From: Lentisphaeria bacterium
GTDB lineage: Bacteria > Verrucomicrobiota > Lentisphaeria > JABSQK01 > JAWLHB01
Direction: 5' to 3'
DNA: 64,000 nucleotides
Assembly: GCA_041690595.1 (NCBI GenBank)
Contig: JAWLHB010000011.1
Coordinates: 62,001-126,000 of the forward strand
The position numbers were made by a program, and so were the translations under genes. Position 1 is the first letter of the stretch, and every line of letters starts with the position of its first letter. Shown here piece after piece: positions 9,422-19,321 of this stretch. The notes below the pieces were generated by a model. It searched no databases. It had not been told where the DNA came from and was given only the letters and a program-made list of their open reading frames with translations.

Positions 9422-10519
9422 GTGGCATTGCGACTGGCAAAATCGATAATCCGGGGAGAGGTGGACAACCGTACCCCAGGCCGGATCGAAGGAAAGGTAT
9501 GGCTGTTCGGCCGCAAGGAGCCCATTGTCCTCGAACTCGTTGGCAACTGCCAGCCCGATCTGGCCGGCTGCAAGCTCTGGTTCGAGAATCCTTTTCCCGC
9601 AGCTGGTGAAAGCGTTCACCTCAATACCCTGCAGCAGGGACATGCGGGCGACATGACGGCCTCCCGCAAGGTCAAGCTGCTCAACGTCCCACCCAGCAAG
9701 CCGAAAGGCGAGCCGGATGAAGCACCCGTGTTTGGCAACGCCGTCTATCTTGAATGGTACAGCTCAACCAATGGGCGGGTTATCATTGAGTCCGCGGACT
9801 TCCAGCTTCGCCTGAGCGATCATGACTGGTCGCTGCAGGACGGCGAGCAGCAAGAGGCGTCCGCCGATGTCGAAGCTACGGAGCCCCTGCTTGACGAGTT
9901 TGAGTGGGAGAGCTTCATGCGCCAGTCGGACGAGATCGCCAAGCGCTATGCGAAGGCGCTTCAGCGCTTCAGTCATCATCCCGATCGTGATCGCCTGGTG
10001 GCGCGGGAAATGGGGTGGGGGACGGAGGAAGACCTGGAGCTGCCCACACCGTGGGACGAAGAGTCTGCCGGCATGATTTCCTTCTGCCCGCTGGTGCCCA
10101 ATCCCGCGACTGAAGGCAGGGACTGGTGCCGTACGGCGGACGGGGAGATCCATCATCCCCTGACCGTTCGCTGTCATGCATTCTCGCTGGCCGTCTGGCA
10201 GTACTGTAATGCTTTGGGGCTCTTCAGCGATCTGGAAGACGAGGATCTGCGCAAGATGGTCGAGAGTACCGACAATTTCAGCGCCAAGATCGCCGGAGCT
10301 TTGGACTCCATGGCCTACGACGACTCGCCGGACTACGGCTTCATGATTGCCTACCTGAAGCGCGCGCTCGGCTATCTGCACGATGCGATCAACGTACTGA
10401 GCGTGATCGAGGAGAAGCGGCTTATACCCGAGAAGATCCAGCTCTTTCGCAATGAGCTGTTCGCCCTGCGGGAAGCCGTGCTGGCCCTCATGGACGAGTT
10501 CCGCCGTCAGTGCACCTGA
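9422..10519 (+). CDS. Hypothetical protein (beta-rich N-terminus, helical C-terminus)
   Basis: Long ORF with gene-like codon usage filling the gap between flanking genes. GTG start at 9416 or 9422. No recognisable motif. Confidence 0.75.
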   Translation: MALRLAKSIIRGEVDNRTPGRIEGKVWLFGRKEPIVLELVGNCQPDLAGCKLWFENPFPAAGESVHLNTLQQGHAGDMTASRKVKLLNVPPSKPKGEPDEAPVFGNAVYLEWYSSTNGRVIIESADFQLRLSDHDWSLQDGEQQEASADVEATEPLLDEFEWESFMRQSDEIAKRYAKALQRFSHHPDRDRLVAREMGWGTEEDLELPTPWDEESAGMISFCPLVPNPATEGRDWCRTADGEIHHPLTVRCHAFSLAVWQYCNALGLFSDLEDEDLRKMVESTDNFSAKIAGALDSMAYDDSPDYGFMIAYLKRALGYLHDAINVLSVIEEKRLIPEKIQLFRNELFALREAVLALMDEFRRQCT

Positions 10520-10540
10520 TCGCGGCTGAGCGTCGCCGCT

Positions 10541-12220
10541 TTAGTGAAGCATCTTCTCGAAGCCGGGGCGCCGCAGGATCGTCTCCTTGCGCGCGTTCTT
10601 CGGGTCACTTTCCGGAGAGTCCGCGTTGTAGTGCAGGCCGATCGATTCCTTACGCGCCAGCGCGCAGTCGATGATCATCTCCGCCACTGACGCCAGATTG
10701 CGCAGCTCCACCAGGTCGGGCACCAGGATGAAGTCCCAGTAGAAGTGCTCGATCTCTTTGCGGATGTTGCGAATCCGTGTCTTGGCGCGCTGCAGGCGCT
10801 TGTTTGTCCGGAAGATGCCGACGTAATCCCACATGAAGCGCCGGATCTCGTCCCAGCAGTGATAGATGACAATCATCTCGTCAGGGTCGACGGCGTCGCC
10901 GGAGCTCCAGTCGGGGATGGCGCGCGTGGAACCATTTTCCAGGTGGCGCCCATCGGCATCTTCCCGGTTGGCGATGGCATCGGCGACCGCGTTGTGGGCG
11001 ACGACGAGCGCTTCCAGCAGGCTGTTGCTGGCCAGGCGGTTTGCGCCATGAAGTCCGGTGCATCCCACTTCGCCCACCGCGTAGAGATTCTGGACACAGG
11101 TGCGCCCGTTGATGTCGGTGCGTACCCCGCCGCAGCAGTAATGAGCGGCCGGCACAACCGGGATAGGGTCGGTGGCCATGTTGATGCCGAACTTCAGGCA
11201 GGTCTCGAAGATCTGCGGAAAGCGCCGGCGCAGATACTCCTCGCTGTGGTGGCGAATGTCGAGGAAGACGCTGGTCTGGCCGGTCTTCTTCAGTTCACGG
11301 TCAATGGCTCTCGCGACGATGTCACGTGGGGCCAGGCTGGCCATCTCGTGATAGTCATCCATGAATTCTTCCAGTTGGTCGCCGCGCCGAATCTTCAGGA
11401 TCGCCCCTTCGCCGCGGACGGCTTCACTTACCAGGAATGACTTGGCGTTCGGATGATAGAGGCAGGTCGGATGGAACTGGAAGAACTCCATATTGGCAAT
11501 CTCGGCGTAGGCGCGATAAGCCATGGCCATCCCTTCACCGCAGGCGACATCGGGATTGCTGGTGTAGAGATAGGCTTTGCCGGCGCCACCGCTCGCCAGG
11601 ATCACATGCCGGGCCAGATAGGTGTGCACAAGATGGGTGTTTCGGTCCATCACGTAGGCGCCGAGGCAACGGTTCGGGCCATCCCAGTCGAGACGGCGCG
11701 AGGCGATCAGATCCACGGCATGGGCGTTTTCGATGAGCTGTATGTTGGGATGCCGGCGGCATGCCTTGAGCAACACGCGGATGATCTCGCGCCCCGTATA
11801 ATCGCCGCTGTGGAGGATGCGGCGCCGGTTGTGACCGCCTTCGCGTCCCAGGTCGAAGCTCTCCAGATCTGCCGGATTGGTATCGGTGTCAAGCTCGGAG
11901 CGGGTCGTGAAGTGAATGCCCAGATCGAGGAGTTCCTGGATGCGGGCAGGCCCTGATTCCACGATCTTTCGTACGACATCCTCCTTGCACAGGTACGCGC
12001 CGGCAACGAGGGTGTCCTGCACGTGCTCTTCGAAGCTGTCATCGTTGTCCATCACGCATGAAATGCCCCCCTGCGCATAGGTGGTGTTGCATTCATCCGC
12101 CAGTCGCTTGGTGACGACGATCACCGACCCGTGTTCGGCGGCCTTCAGCGCGCTGCTCAGACCACCGATTCCACTGCCGATGATCAGAAACTCAGACTTC
12201 AATCGCTTCACGCTGTCCAT
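10541..12220 (-). CDS. nadB: L-aspartate oxidase
   Basis: IIGSGIGG FAD motif, YAQGGI, REGGH, MEFFQFHPT, SEAVRGEG, LAPRDIVAR, AAHYCCGG, GLHGANRLASNSLLE. Confidence 0.95.
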   Translation of the reverse strand: MDSVKRLKSEFLIIGSGIGGLSSALKAAEHGSVIVVTKRLADECNTTYAQGGISCVMDNDDSFEEHVQDTLVAGAYLCKEDVVRKIVESGPARIQELLDLGIHFTTRSELDTDTNPADLESFDLGREGGHNRRRILHSGDYTGREIIRVLLKACRRHPNIQLIENAHAVDLIASRRLDWDGPNRCLGAYVMDRNTHLVHTYLARHVILASGGAGKAYLYTSNPDVACGEGMAMAYRAYAEIANMEFFQFHPTCLYHPNAKSFLVSEAVRGEGAILKIRRGDQLEEFMDDYHEMASLAPRDIVARAIDRELKKTGQTSVFLDIRHHSEEYLRRRFPQIFETCLKFGINMATDPIPVVPAAHYCCGGVRTDINGRTCVQNLYAVGEVGCTGLHGANRLASNSLLEALVVAHNAVADAIANREDADGRHLENGSTRAIPDWSSGDAVDPDEMIVIYHCWDEIRRFMWDYVGIFRTNKRLQRAKTRIRNIRKEIEHFYWDFILVPDLVELRNLASVAEMIIDCALARKESIGLHYNADSPESDPKNARKETILRRPGFEKMLH

Positions 12221-12290
12221 GGCATTCCTTCTGTCCACTGTTGGCAGCCATTAAAGCTGCAAAGACTATCCGAAAGTGGTAAAGAGGACT

Positions 12291-12824
12291 TTACCACTCC
12301 ATCTCCACTTCGCCAACATCAACCTCAACACTTACCGATTGGCCAATCATCTCGATATTGACGGCAAGACGCGCCTGATGCCGGCGGTGAACGACAATAC
12401 CGTTGATGCCGGCGAAGGGGCCGCTCTTAAGGACGACGCTCTGCCCCGGGACGATCTCTGGCCGCACGACCAGCTCGCCGGCTTCGGTGGCCTGTTCCAG
12501 CAGGTATAATGCCCGCAGTTCCTGGATCAGTTGCAGTTCCATTTTCTCGTCGGGAACCAGGACCGAGGCTGCATGTTTGCTCTCTTCCACCAGGTGTTTG
12601 TCAAGAGGATCCATCTGGATGAAGACGTACCCGCTGAAGATGGGTACCATGTGGGTGGCGACTCGCCGTGCATAGCGGCGTACGCTGCGGCGCAGTGGCA
12701 GGTAGGAGAGGATGCCGAGCCGTTCGCACCATGCATGCACCTGCTTTTCGGCGCGGGACATGGTGTGCACCACCATCCAGCGGCTCGGTGGCCGATACTC
12801 GAACCTTGTCGCAGGGGCTTCCAC
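12291..12824 (-). CDS. NusG paralogue (RfaH/UpxY-like transcription antiterminator)
   Basis: NGN-like WMVVHT..RAEK, YLPL, PIFSGYVF; KOW-like PGQSVVLKSGPFAGINGIV; AGGAGG RBS before GTG. Confidence 0.85.
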   Translation of the reverse strand: MEAPATRFEYRPPSRWMVVHTMSRAEKQVHAWCERLGILSYLPLRRSVRRYARRVATHMVPIFSGYVFIQMDPLDKHLVEESKHAASVLVPDEKMELQLIQELRALYLLEQATEAGELVVRPEIVPGQSVVLKSGPFAGINGIVVHRRHQARLAVNIEMIGQSVSVEVDVGEVEMEW

Positions 12825-12841
12825 GCCACCTCCTGAAAGCT

Positions 12842-13129
12842 TCAGTGACCGCCGAAATTCGTCTCGAAGAGCTTTTCCACCGCCGCCATTGCCGCCGAGG
12901 CATCGTTACCCTTGATCTGAAAGGTCAGGGTTTCGCCGGGATTGGCGGCAAGCATCATCAGTTCAAGAATGCTCTTGCCGTTCACGGTCGTGTCGGCACT
13001 CTTCACCTCTACCTCCACATCGTGCTTCTGGAGTTCCTTGACCAGAATGCTTGCCGGGCGCGCATGCAGCCCATACTGATTGTTGAGGACGAACGATTTA
13101 ATGATGGAGTCGGAAGTAGACACAAACAA
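12842..13129 (-). CDS. ptsH: Phosphocarrier protein HPr
   Basis: GLHARPAS (His15 motif) and VNGKSILELMML (Ser46 motif). Exact start uncertain. Confidence 0.92.
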   Translation of the reverse strand: MFVSTSDSIIKSFVLNNQYGLHARPASILVKELQKHDVEVEVKSADTTVNGKSILELMMLAANPGETLTFQIKGNDASAAMAAVEKLFETNFGGH

Positions 13130-13297
13130 AACGCGCCCTCAAGGTGACTGGGGGGGTGAACCGCAACAGCTTTTACTAGAATAGCCGCAGTCGCGTAATA
13201 TGCGCCAATACCCTCAGGACTTCAAGCTCTTCCCGCTCCTTTTTGCCTCAGTTTCGGGTGATGAAAGGCTGAAGGCAAAGATCCAGCAGCCTGAAAT

Positions 13298-13326
13298 TTG
13301 ATTCCAGCTTCTATTCATGTTATGCT
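13298..13326 (+). promoter_or_regulatory. Candidate sigma70 promoter for the CBS-apbE-nif3 run
   Basis: TTGATT, 17-nt spacer, TATGCT with an extended -10 TG. Confidence 0.4.
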
Positions 13327-13358
13327 AATGGAAGACTTCCAAATGCAGGAGAAAGCCG

Positions 13359-13862
13359 ATGTACCAGATACCCGTAGTAGATTCCTTTATGACCCGGCCG
13401 GTCATCACCGTCAGGTCGGACATGGTGATCTATGATGCCATACGCGTACTTCTGGATCATCGGATTTCCGGTGCGCCAGTGGTCGATAATGACGATCAGC
13501 ACCTGGTGGGGATTCTCTCCGAAAAAGACTGCCTCTCGATCCTCATCAACGGTGTCTTTCATGGGCTCACCAGCGATCGGGTGCAAGACTATATGACAAC
13601 TTCCGTCGTGACCATCAACAAAGAGATGGAGATCTTCGAGGTGGCGGATATCTTCCTGCACAAACACTATCGGCGCTTGCCTGTCGTCGATCAGGATGGT
13701 AATGTCATCGGCATTGTCAGCCGTCGTGACATCCTTACCGCCAGTCGTGCCATGTGGGACGAGAAGATCATTCCGCCCGATCCGGGTTATCTCAGCGACG
13801 AAGTGAAGGCGAGACTGGGTGAGGATGGTATGGCGCGGCTATATAAACGCCAGCATTTCTAA
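13359..13862 (+). CDS. CBS-domain-pair protein
   Basis: FMTRPVITV...ISGAPVVD...GILSEKD and YMTTSVVTI...RRLPVVD...GIVSRRD. Confidence 0.9.
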   Translation: MYQIPVVDSFMTRPVITVRSDMVIYDAIRVLLDHRISGAPVVDNDDQHLVGILSEKDCLSILINGVFHGLTSDRVQDYMTTSVVTINKEMEIFEVADIFLHKHYRRLPVVDQDGNVIGIVSRRDILTASRAMWDEKIIPPDPGYLSDEVKARLGEDGMARLYKRQHF

Positions 13863-13899
13863 GCTGGCAGCCATCCCTGCCAAGGAATCTACCTGCCAC

Positions 13900-14955
13900 G
13901 TGACTGCGAACGCCCCTGTCTGCCGATCCATCCCTGCATTCCTGCTCCTCATTGCCCTGCTGACAGGTTGTCGTCCCGAAGCGCCGGAGGCGGAGACACT
14001 CGGATATTCGCTCCACTATGAAGGGATTATGGGCACCGTAGCCAATTTCACTTTCTACGCGGATGAACGAACCGCTCGTGAGTTGGGTGACGCGACCATG
14101 GAGGTGTTCGAGCAGGTCAACCAGCGCTTCAGTACCTATATCGAGGATTCTGAACTCTCCCGCCTCAATGCCAGCGCTCATCTGGCACCTTTCTCCTGCT
14201 CCGCGGAGATGTGGGAGCTGCTGGTCCTCGCCAGAAGAGCGTATGCTGAGAGTCATGGCGCCTTTGACATCAGCGCTGGTCCGCTCATGCGCCTGTGGGG
14301 ATTCTATCGCAAACGTGACTCCGTCCCTTCTCAGGCGGAAATCGAGGAGATCCTTCAGCGGGTGGGGCTCGACAAGGTGATCTTCGATGACGATGCACGA
14401 ACTGTCTTCTTCACCCAACCGGAGATGATGCTCGACAGCGGCGGCATTGCCAAGGGATATGCTCTGGATCTGGCCGCGGATCGACTGCGGGAGTTGGGGG
14501 TGACTCGAGGGGTGATCGATCTGGGCGGCAACATCCGCGTGCTTCAGGATCCGCCACCAGGACGCGATCACTATTCCATCGCCGTGCGAAATCCCCGCCG
14601 CACACGAAAGACGATCGGCCTTGTACCCATGCTCGACCAGTCCATCGCCACCAGCGGCGACTATGAGCGGTACGTGATGCTCGATGACAAACGCTATTCT
14701 CACATCATGGATCCGCGTACCGGTTATCCGGTCGAGGGCATGGCGTCGGTGACGGTGGTCGCGCCTGACGGTACGCTCTCCGACTACCTGTCGACCGCGA
14801 TCTTCGTCAATCGTGGTGGTCCGTACATAGCTGAGCTTCTTCGCCAGTATCCCGAGGTGGACGTACTGGTCATCAAAGCCGATGCGGGGGGGCAGCTCAG
14901 CAAAGTGACCTATGGCGATATCTGGTCAGATGTAATGGAGCCCGAACAATGGTAG
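13900..14955 (+). CDS. apbE: FAD:protein FMN transferase lipoprotein
   Basis: Lipobox LLTGC; MGT, SELSRLN, GAFDIS, DSGGIAKGYA, DLGGN, ATSGDYER, HIMDPRTG. Confidence 0.92.
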   Translation: MTANAPVCRSIPAFLLLIALLTGCRPEAPEAETLGYSLHYEGIMGTVANFTFYADERTARELGDATMEVFEQVNQRFSTYIEDSELSRLNASAHLAPFSCSAEMWELLVLARRAYAESHGAFDISAGPLMRLWGFYRKRDSVPSQAEIEEILQRVGLDKVIFDDDARTVFFTQPEMMLDSGGIAKGYALDLAADRLRELGVTRGVIDLGGNIRVLQDPPPGRDHYSIAVRNPRRTRKTIGLVPMLDQSIATSGDYERYVMLDDKRYSHIMDPRTGYPVEGMASVTVVAPDGTLSDYLSTAIFVNRGGPYIAELLRQYPEVDVLVIKADAGGQLSKVTYGDIWSDVMEPEQW

Positions 14956-15707
14956 AGCGCAATTCCCTGGTTGACTTTCTCGACAATCTGCTGACGACGC
15001 ATGGCATACCCGGCGACAAGTCAGCCAATGGCCTTCAGGTGGAAGGCGCCGCGGAGGTAAGGCGGGTAATCGGCGCCGTCGATGCCTGCTTGCAGACGTA
15101 TGAGGCGGTGATCCAAAACGAGGGTGACTTTCTCTTCGTGCATCATGGGGAATTCTGGGGGGGGATCACCAGCATTCGCGGGCGCCAGGCGCAGCGATTC
15201 GGCACCCTTCTTCGTCATGGCATCTCGCTTTACGCCGCTCATCTCCCTCTCGATGCCCATCCCCGGCTGGGGCATAATGCGCGCATTGCCGACATGCTCG
15301 GTCTGCGGGAACCCCGTACCTTTGCCGAATACGCGGGAGCGGAGATCGGTGTCTACGGCGATCTGCCCGAGCCGATGCGTATCGAGGCCTTTGTCGAGCT
15401 GGTCGACGCGCGGCTGACGACCAGCTCTCAGCACTGGGATTTCGCGGGCAGGCCGATCCGTCGTATCGGTGTTGTTTCCGGGGGCGGCGCCTCCTGCCTG
15501 GCGGATTGCCCGGCACTGGGCATCGACTGCCTCCTCACGGGTGAAATCAACCACACGGCTTATCACGTCATGCGTGAGCTGGGCATGAGCGCCCTGGCTG
15601 CCGGCCATTATCGCACCGAGGTGCCTGGGGTTGTGGCCGTGCTCGACGAGATCTCGCGTTCCTTCGATCTGCCTTGCGAGTTCGTCGACATCCCGACTGG
15701 ATTGTAG
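14949..15707 (+). CDS. Nif3-like dinuclear metal-centre protein
   Basis: NGLQVEG, VHHGEFW, AHLPLDAHP..GHN, TGE, GHYRTE, DIPTGL. Confidence 0.92.
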   Translation: MVERNSLVDFLDNLLTTHGIPGDKSANGLQVEGAAEVRRVIGAVDACLQTYEAVIQNEGDFLFVHHGEFWGGITSIRGRQAQRFGTLLRHGISLYAAHLPLDAHPRLGHNARIADMLGLREPRTFAEYAGAEIGVYGDLPEPMRIEAFVELVDARLTTSSQHWDFAGRPIRRIGVVSGGGASCLADCPALGIDCLLTGEINHTAYHVMRELGMSALAAGHYRTEVPGVVAVLDEISRSFDLPCEFVDIPTGL

Positions 15708-15786
15708 GAAAGGTGAATAGGATCGCTTGCTGGTCGTCTAAAACCCCGTCAACCCTCATCTCCACTATCCGCGGGAGCTCAAGACA

Positions 15787-16542
15787 ATGCATACCTGTAA
15801 TCCGTTTCTCCTTGTCATCCTGATCGGAATCAGCCTTTGGGCCGTCGGCGCGGAGGAGGCGTGGACCGAAGCCGATACGCGGAATCTGGTCGAATCCGTC
15901 CGCCATCCGCCCATTGCGGAATGCTGGGCTGTCATGAAGGGAGTCGTCAATCACAAGGCAGACGGCAAGAGCACCGTCAAGCTTCCCATTCAGATGCGGG
16001 CACGTTTTTCGCCGGATCGCTCGCTGGCGCAGTTGATCTTCAACCGCGACGAGTACTACCTGATCGGTCAGAACTTCGAGGAAGGCGCCGAGGGAACCAG
16101 CGTCATCGCCCAGCAGGAGGCCGTGGAAGGAGCGACAGCGCTTCGGGACGTCGGCATACGCCCCAGCGACATCACGCTCTCCTTCCTCTATTGGGATTTC
16201 GTGGCGGAACGTGGTGCCGAGCGTTTCAAGGGACAGAACTGTCGCATCCTGGAGTTCGTCCATCCCGATGCGGCGGAATCCGTCCACGTCTGGGTCTCGA
16301 TCAAGCAGGGCTTTCCGCTCATGGTCAAGTGGTTCCGCAACAACGAGCAGGAGCCCTACCGGCAACTGCAGATCACGGGCCTCAAGAAGGTGCACGACAT
16401 CTGGGTCGTGTCCGAGGCGCGTGTAAGCAATCCCGGTTGGAGAACTCAGATCGATTTCAAGGAAATCGAGTTAGAACAGGTGAGCGCCGAGGCGCCCATG
16501 CCCGACACGCTCTTCCTGCAGCCGCCAGATCCCGCTGAGTAG
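15787..16542 (+). CDS. Exported LolA-like (outer-membrane lipoprotein-sorting type) protein
   Basis: Signal peptide; beta-rich repeat pattern (GAERFKGQNCRILE, VHVWVSIKQGFPL, LKKVHDIWVV). Confidence 0.55.
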   Translation: MHTCNPFLLVILIGISLWAVGAEEAWTEADTRNLVESVRHPPIAECWAVMKGVVNHKADGKSTVKLPIQMRARFSPDRSLAQLIFNRDEYYLIGQNFEEGAEGTSVIAQQEAVEGATALRDVGIRPSDITLSFLYWDFVAERGAERFKGQNCRILEFVHPDAAESVHVWVSIKQGFPLMVKWFRNNEQEPYRQLQITGLKKVHDIWVVSEARVSNPGWRTQIDFKEIELEQVSAEAPMPDTLFLQPPDPAE

Positions 16543-16589
16543 ACAGCTTGGGCAGTGGCTTGTGTCATCGATACAAAGAAGGGGGAAGC

Positions 16590-16970
16590 GGCACCAGCGG
16601 CTATAAGCCGGATTTTGTAATCGACGATCATTTATCTATGCGGTCTACCCGGAGCTTCATCCAGCATCGGTCGCCGAAGCGGCCGGGGCTGGAAGCGGCA
16701 CGGGCCGCGCCTTGCTCCCTATTTGACCTTGCACCGGAAGGGGTTTACCATGCGGCGCCGTTCTCACGGCTGCCCGGTGAGCTCTTACCTCACCTTTTCA
16801 CCCTTACCTTGCGCACCGAAGTGCGCCAGGCGGTTCGTTTTCTGTGGCACTTTCCTTCCCGTGGCATCTCGTCCACGGTATCCTGCCTTAACGACAGGAC
16901 TTCCCGCCCTGTGGTGTCCGGACTTTCCTCCCCGACGCATGCGCCGGAGCGACCGTCCGCCGCTGGTGCC
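16590..16970 (-). ncRNA. rnpB: RNase P RNA (bacterial type A, no P18)
   Basis: Minus strand carries GAGGAAAGTCCGGAC, GAAAGTGCCACAGAAAA, GGGTGAAAAGGTGAGGTAAGAGC, GGTAAACCCC, GCAAGG and ACAAAATCCGGCTTAT. P1 is GGCACCAGCGG/CCGCTGGTGCC. A TTGTAT-N16-TACAGT promoter lies just upstream. Confidence 0.97.
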
Positions 16971-17025
16971 AACCCTACTGTATCCCCGCAAATGCCTGAT
17001 ACAACCCACAAGTCGTCGACGCGGC

Positions 17026-17862
17026 TCAGCGGATTCGGGCCACATTGACGATGGATTCGTCATTCACCCTTGGTGGCTTCATGGCGTAAGCACGCTGGCC
17101 AACGCGGTAACAGCTCAACAGGTTGTGATAGACGTAGGCCTTGGCTGCCACAATGGCCGCATGGGCGCTCTTCCCCAAGGCAATATTGGCCGCGATGGCT
17201 GAACTGAGCATGCAGCCGGTTCCATGGGTCGTGCTGCTTTCCACCTGCGGAGTCGCGATGCGATAGAGATGATGGCTGACAGCCAGGATATCGGTCGACT
17301 TGCCGGTTGGCAGGTGCCCGCCTTTGATCAGCACAGCCGTGTCGAACTTTTCGGCGAGGGAGGCGGCAAGTGCCATGGCGGTTTCCTCGTCCTTTTCCAT
17401 CATCTGCCCATACATGATCTCCGCTTCGGGGAAATTGGGCGTAATGACGGTAGCCAGGGGTGCAAGGAGGGTGCACATGGTATCGATGGCATTGTCCTGC
17501 AACAGGGCCGCACCGCTGGACGAGACCATCACCGGATCGACCACCAGTGGTATCTCATTCGCGTGTTCGGCCAGCTCGTGCGCCAAGGCCTCGATGATCT
17601 CTGCCGAATAGAGCATCCCGGTCTTGATGGCGCCCACGTTGAAGGCCTTCATGACCGCTCGAAACTGCGCCACGACATCCTTCACTGGAATGCCATGCAC
17701 CGCGGTTACCTCGTGGGGATTCTGTGCCGTGATCGCCGTGATGACAGTCGTTCCCAATGTCCCGAAGCAGGTGAATGCTTTCAGATCCGCCTGAATTCCT
17801 GCTCCCCCTCCACTGTCACTGCCGGCGATCGACATGCACACGGGCATATTCTTTACGGGCAC
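17026..17862 (-). CDS. thiD: Hydroxymethylpyrimidine/phosphomethylpyrimidine kinase
   Basis: SIAGSDSGGGAGIQADLK, TAQN, KTGML, VVDPVM, TPNFPEAE, KGGH, THGTGC. GTG start overlaps the upstream TAG. Confidence 0.93.
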   Translation of the reverse strand: MPVKNMPVCMSIAGSDSGGGAGIQADLKAFTCFGTLGTTVITAITAQNPHEVTAVHGIPVKDVVAQFRAVMKAFNVGAIKTGMLYSAEIIEALAHELAEHANEIPLVVDPVMVSSSGAALLQDNAIDTMCTLLAPLATVITPNFPEAEIMYGQMMEKDEETAMALAASLAEKFDTAVLIKGGHLPTGKSTDILAVSHHLYRIATPQVESSTTHGTGCMLSSAIAANIALGKSAHAAIVAAKAYVYHNLLSCYRVGQRAYAMKPPRVNDESIVNVARIR

Positions 17863-18980
17863 TACTCTACCTCCAGAAATGTTGCGATGCTCGTCAACGT
17901 TTCGCAGCCGGATTCCGTGACGACAACGACGTCCTCCAGCCGCACCCCTCCCCATTGCGCATAGTAGAGACCTGGCTCCACCGTCACCACGTGGCCGCTC
18001 GTGAGAATGGAGTCGACGGTGCTGATACGCGGCGCTTCATGAATCTCCAACCCCAGTCCATGTCCGGTGCCATGGAAGAAACCATAGGGCGTTTTTGCCT
18101 GCCCGTCGGTCTCGAATCCGTGGTCAACCAGCCGCTCCGTCACTGCCTGATGCACCTCCTGGCCATTGACTCCCGGCCGGATCAGCGTCTTCGCATGATC
18201 TCGAGCTTCCATGACCGCCTTGAAGGCGCGCCGTACCAGCTCCGGCGCCTTGCCTTTCATTACCGTCCTTGTCAGATCTCCAAAATAGCCGGTCGCTCCC
18301 ACTCGGGGGAAGATATCGATGATGACGGGTGAATCAGTCAGGATGGGGCCACTGCCGGCGTTATGTGGATCGGCACCTTCCGGTCCCGGGGCGACAATGG
18401 TGTGCGCCGGGAGTCCGCCGAGACGGGTGATGCTGGCATCGATTTCACCCCGCAGTCGTTCAGCCGTCAGTGTCTCCCCCTGCCAGATCAGCTCTCCTGC
18501 TTCGATGGTTGCTTCACGCAGAATGGCGAAGGCTCTCTCCATCCCATGTTCAGCCAACCGCACACCCTCCCGGATTTTCTCTATCTCGTCGGGCAACTTG
18601 CACTCGCGCTCGGGAAAGAATGCTTGCTCGCTGCATCGGCAATCGATCCCTTGGGCGCGCAGTTCTTCCGCCAACCCCAACGGAAAGTCGCGTGGCACTT
18701 CCCACTCCTGAACCTGGAAATGACGGCTTATGCCCACAGCCTGCGCACTGAGCTTGCGACCTTCAATCCCGAAGAGCCGGTTTGCTTCGTCCTGTCCATA
18801 GACTCGCGTCCCCGGACGCACCTGCTTGACCGCGCGTCCGTATTCCAGCGGGCTGACGATGACCATGCGTTGGCCATTCACCTCGCACCAGACAAATGGA
18901 TCCGGCACAAACAGTCCCGTTGCGTACAGCATGTCGGCACTTTTTTCACTGTCTGCTATCAGTAATCTGGCTGCCGTCAT
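17862..18980 (-). CDS. Xaa-Pro peptidase (M24 family)
   Basis: IIDIFP, GYFGDLTRT, HGTGHGLGLEIHEAP, TVEPGLY, GGVRLED. Confidence 0.93.
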   Translation of the reverse strand: MTAARLLIADSEKSADMLYATGLFVPDPFVWCEVNGQRMVIVSPLEYGRAVKQVRPGTRVYGQDEANRLFGIEGRKLSAQAVGISRHFQVQEWEVPRDFPLGLAEELRAQGIDCRCSEQAFFPERECKLPDEIEKIREGVRLAEHGMERAFAILREATIEAGELIWQGETLTAERLRGEIDASITRLGGLPAHTIVAPGPEGADPHNAGSGPILTDSPVIIDIFPRVGATGYFGDLTRTVMKGKAPELVRRAFKAVMEARDHAKTLIRPGVNGQEVHQAVTERLVDHGFETDGQAKTPYGFFHGTGHGLGLEIHEAPRISTVDSILTSGHVVTVEPGLYYAQWGGVRLEDVVVVTESGCETLTSIATFLEVE

Positions 18981-19321
18981 TGCCGGTTTCCTCTCTTGTC
19001 TCGTACCACCGTCGATCCCAGATCCATATCAGAATTCCGGCCAATTACGATTGTGCGTTAGGAACTGTCGTGCCGCCACAGTCATTCCACCTGATGGCCG
19101 AATACTGTCATAGTGTCCGTAAGTCATTGAAAACAGGCGGGTTGTGGATACTTCAACGTGACTATCGTAGCCATTCCAGTGCCGCGTGATCTACTGTAAT
19201 CACCTAACGCTGACAATCATAGCGCGAATTCACAATCTTTTCATGACAATTTTAGCTGCCCGTGCTGAAGACATGACGTCCACGGGGCTTCTCCCGTGGC
19301 CGCGGCCGCTCCTCGGCACGA

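Noticed and set aside
16548..17202. Several ORFs overlapping rnpB
   Set aside because: The region is explained by RNase P RNA; the translations have no protein-like features.
18981..19321. AT-richer 340-nt gap as oriC
   Set aside because: Only one near-match DnaA box (TGTGGATAC at 19143) and no clear unwinding element; insufficient on its own.
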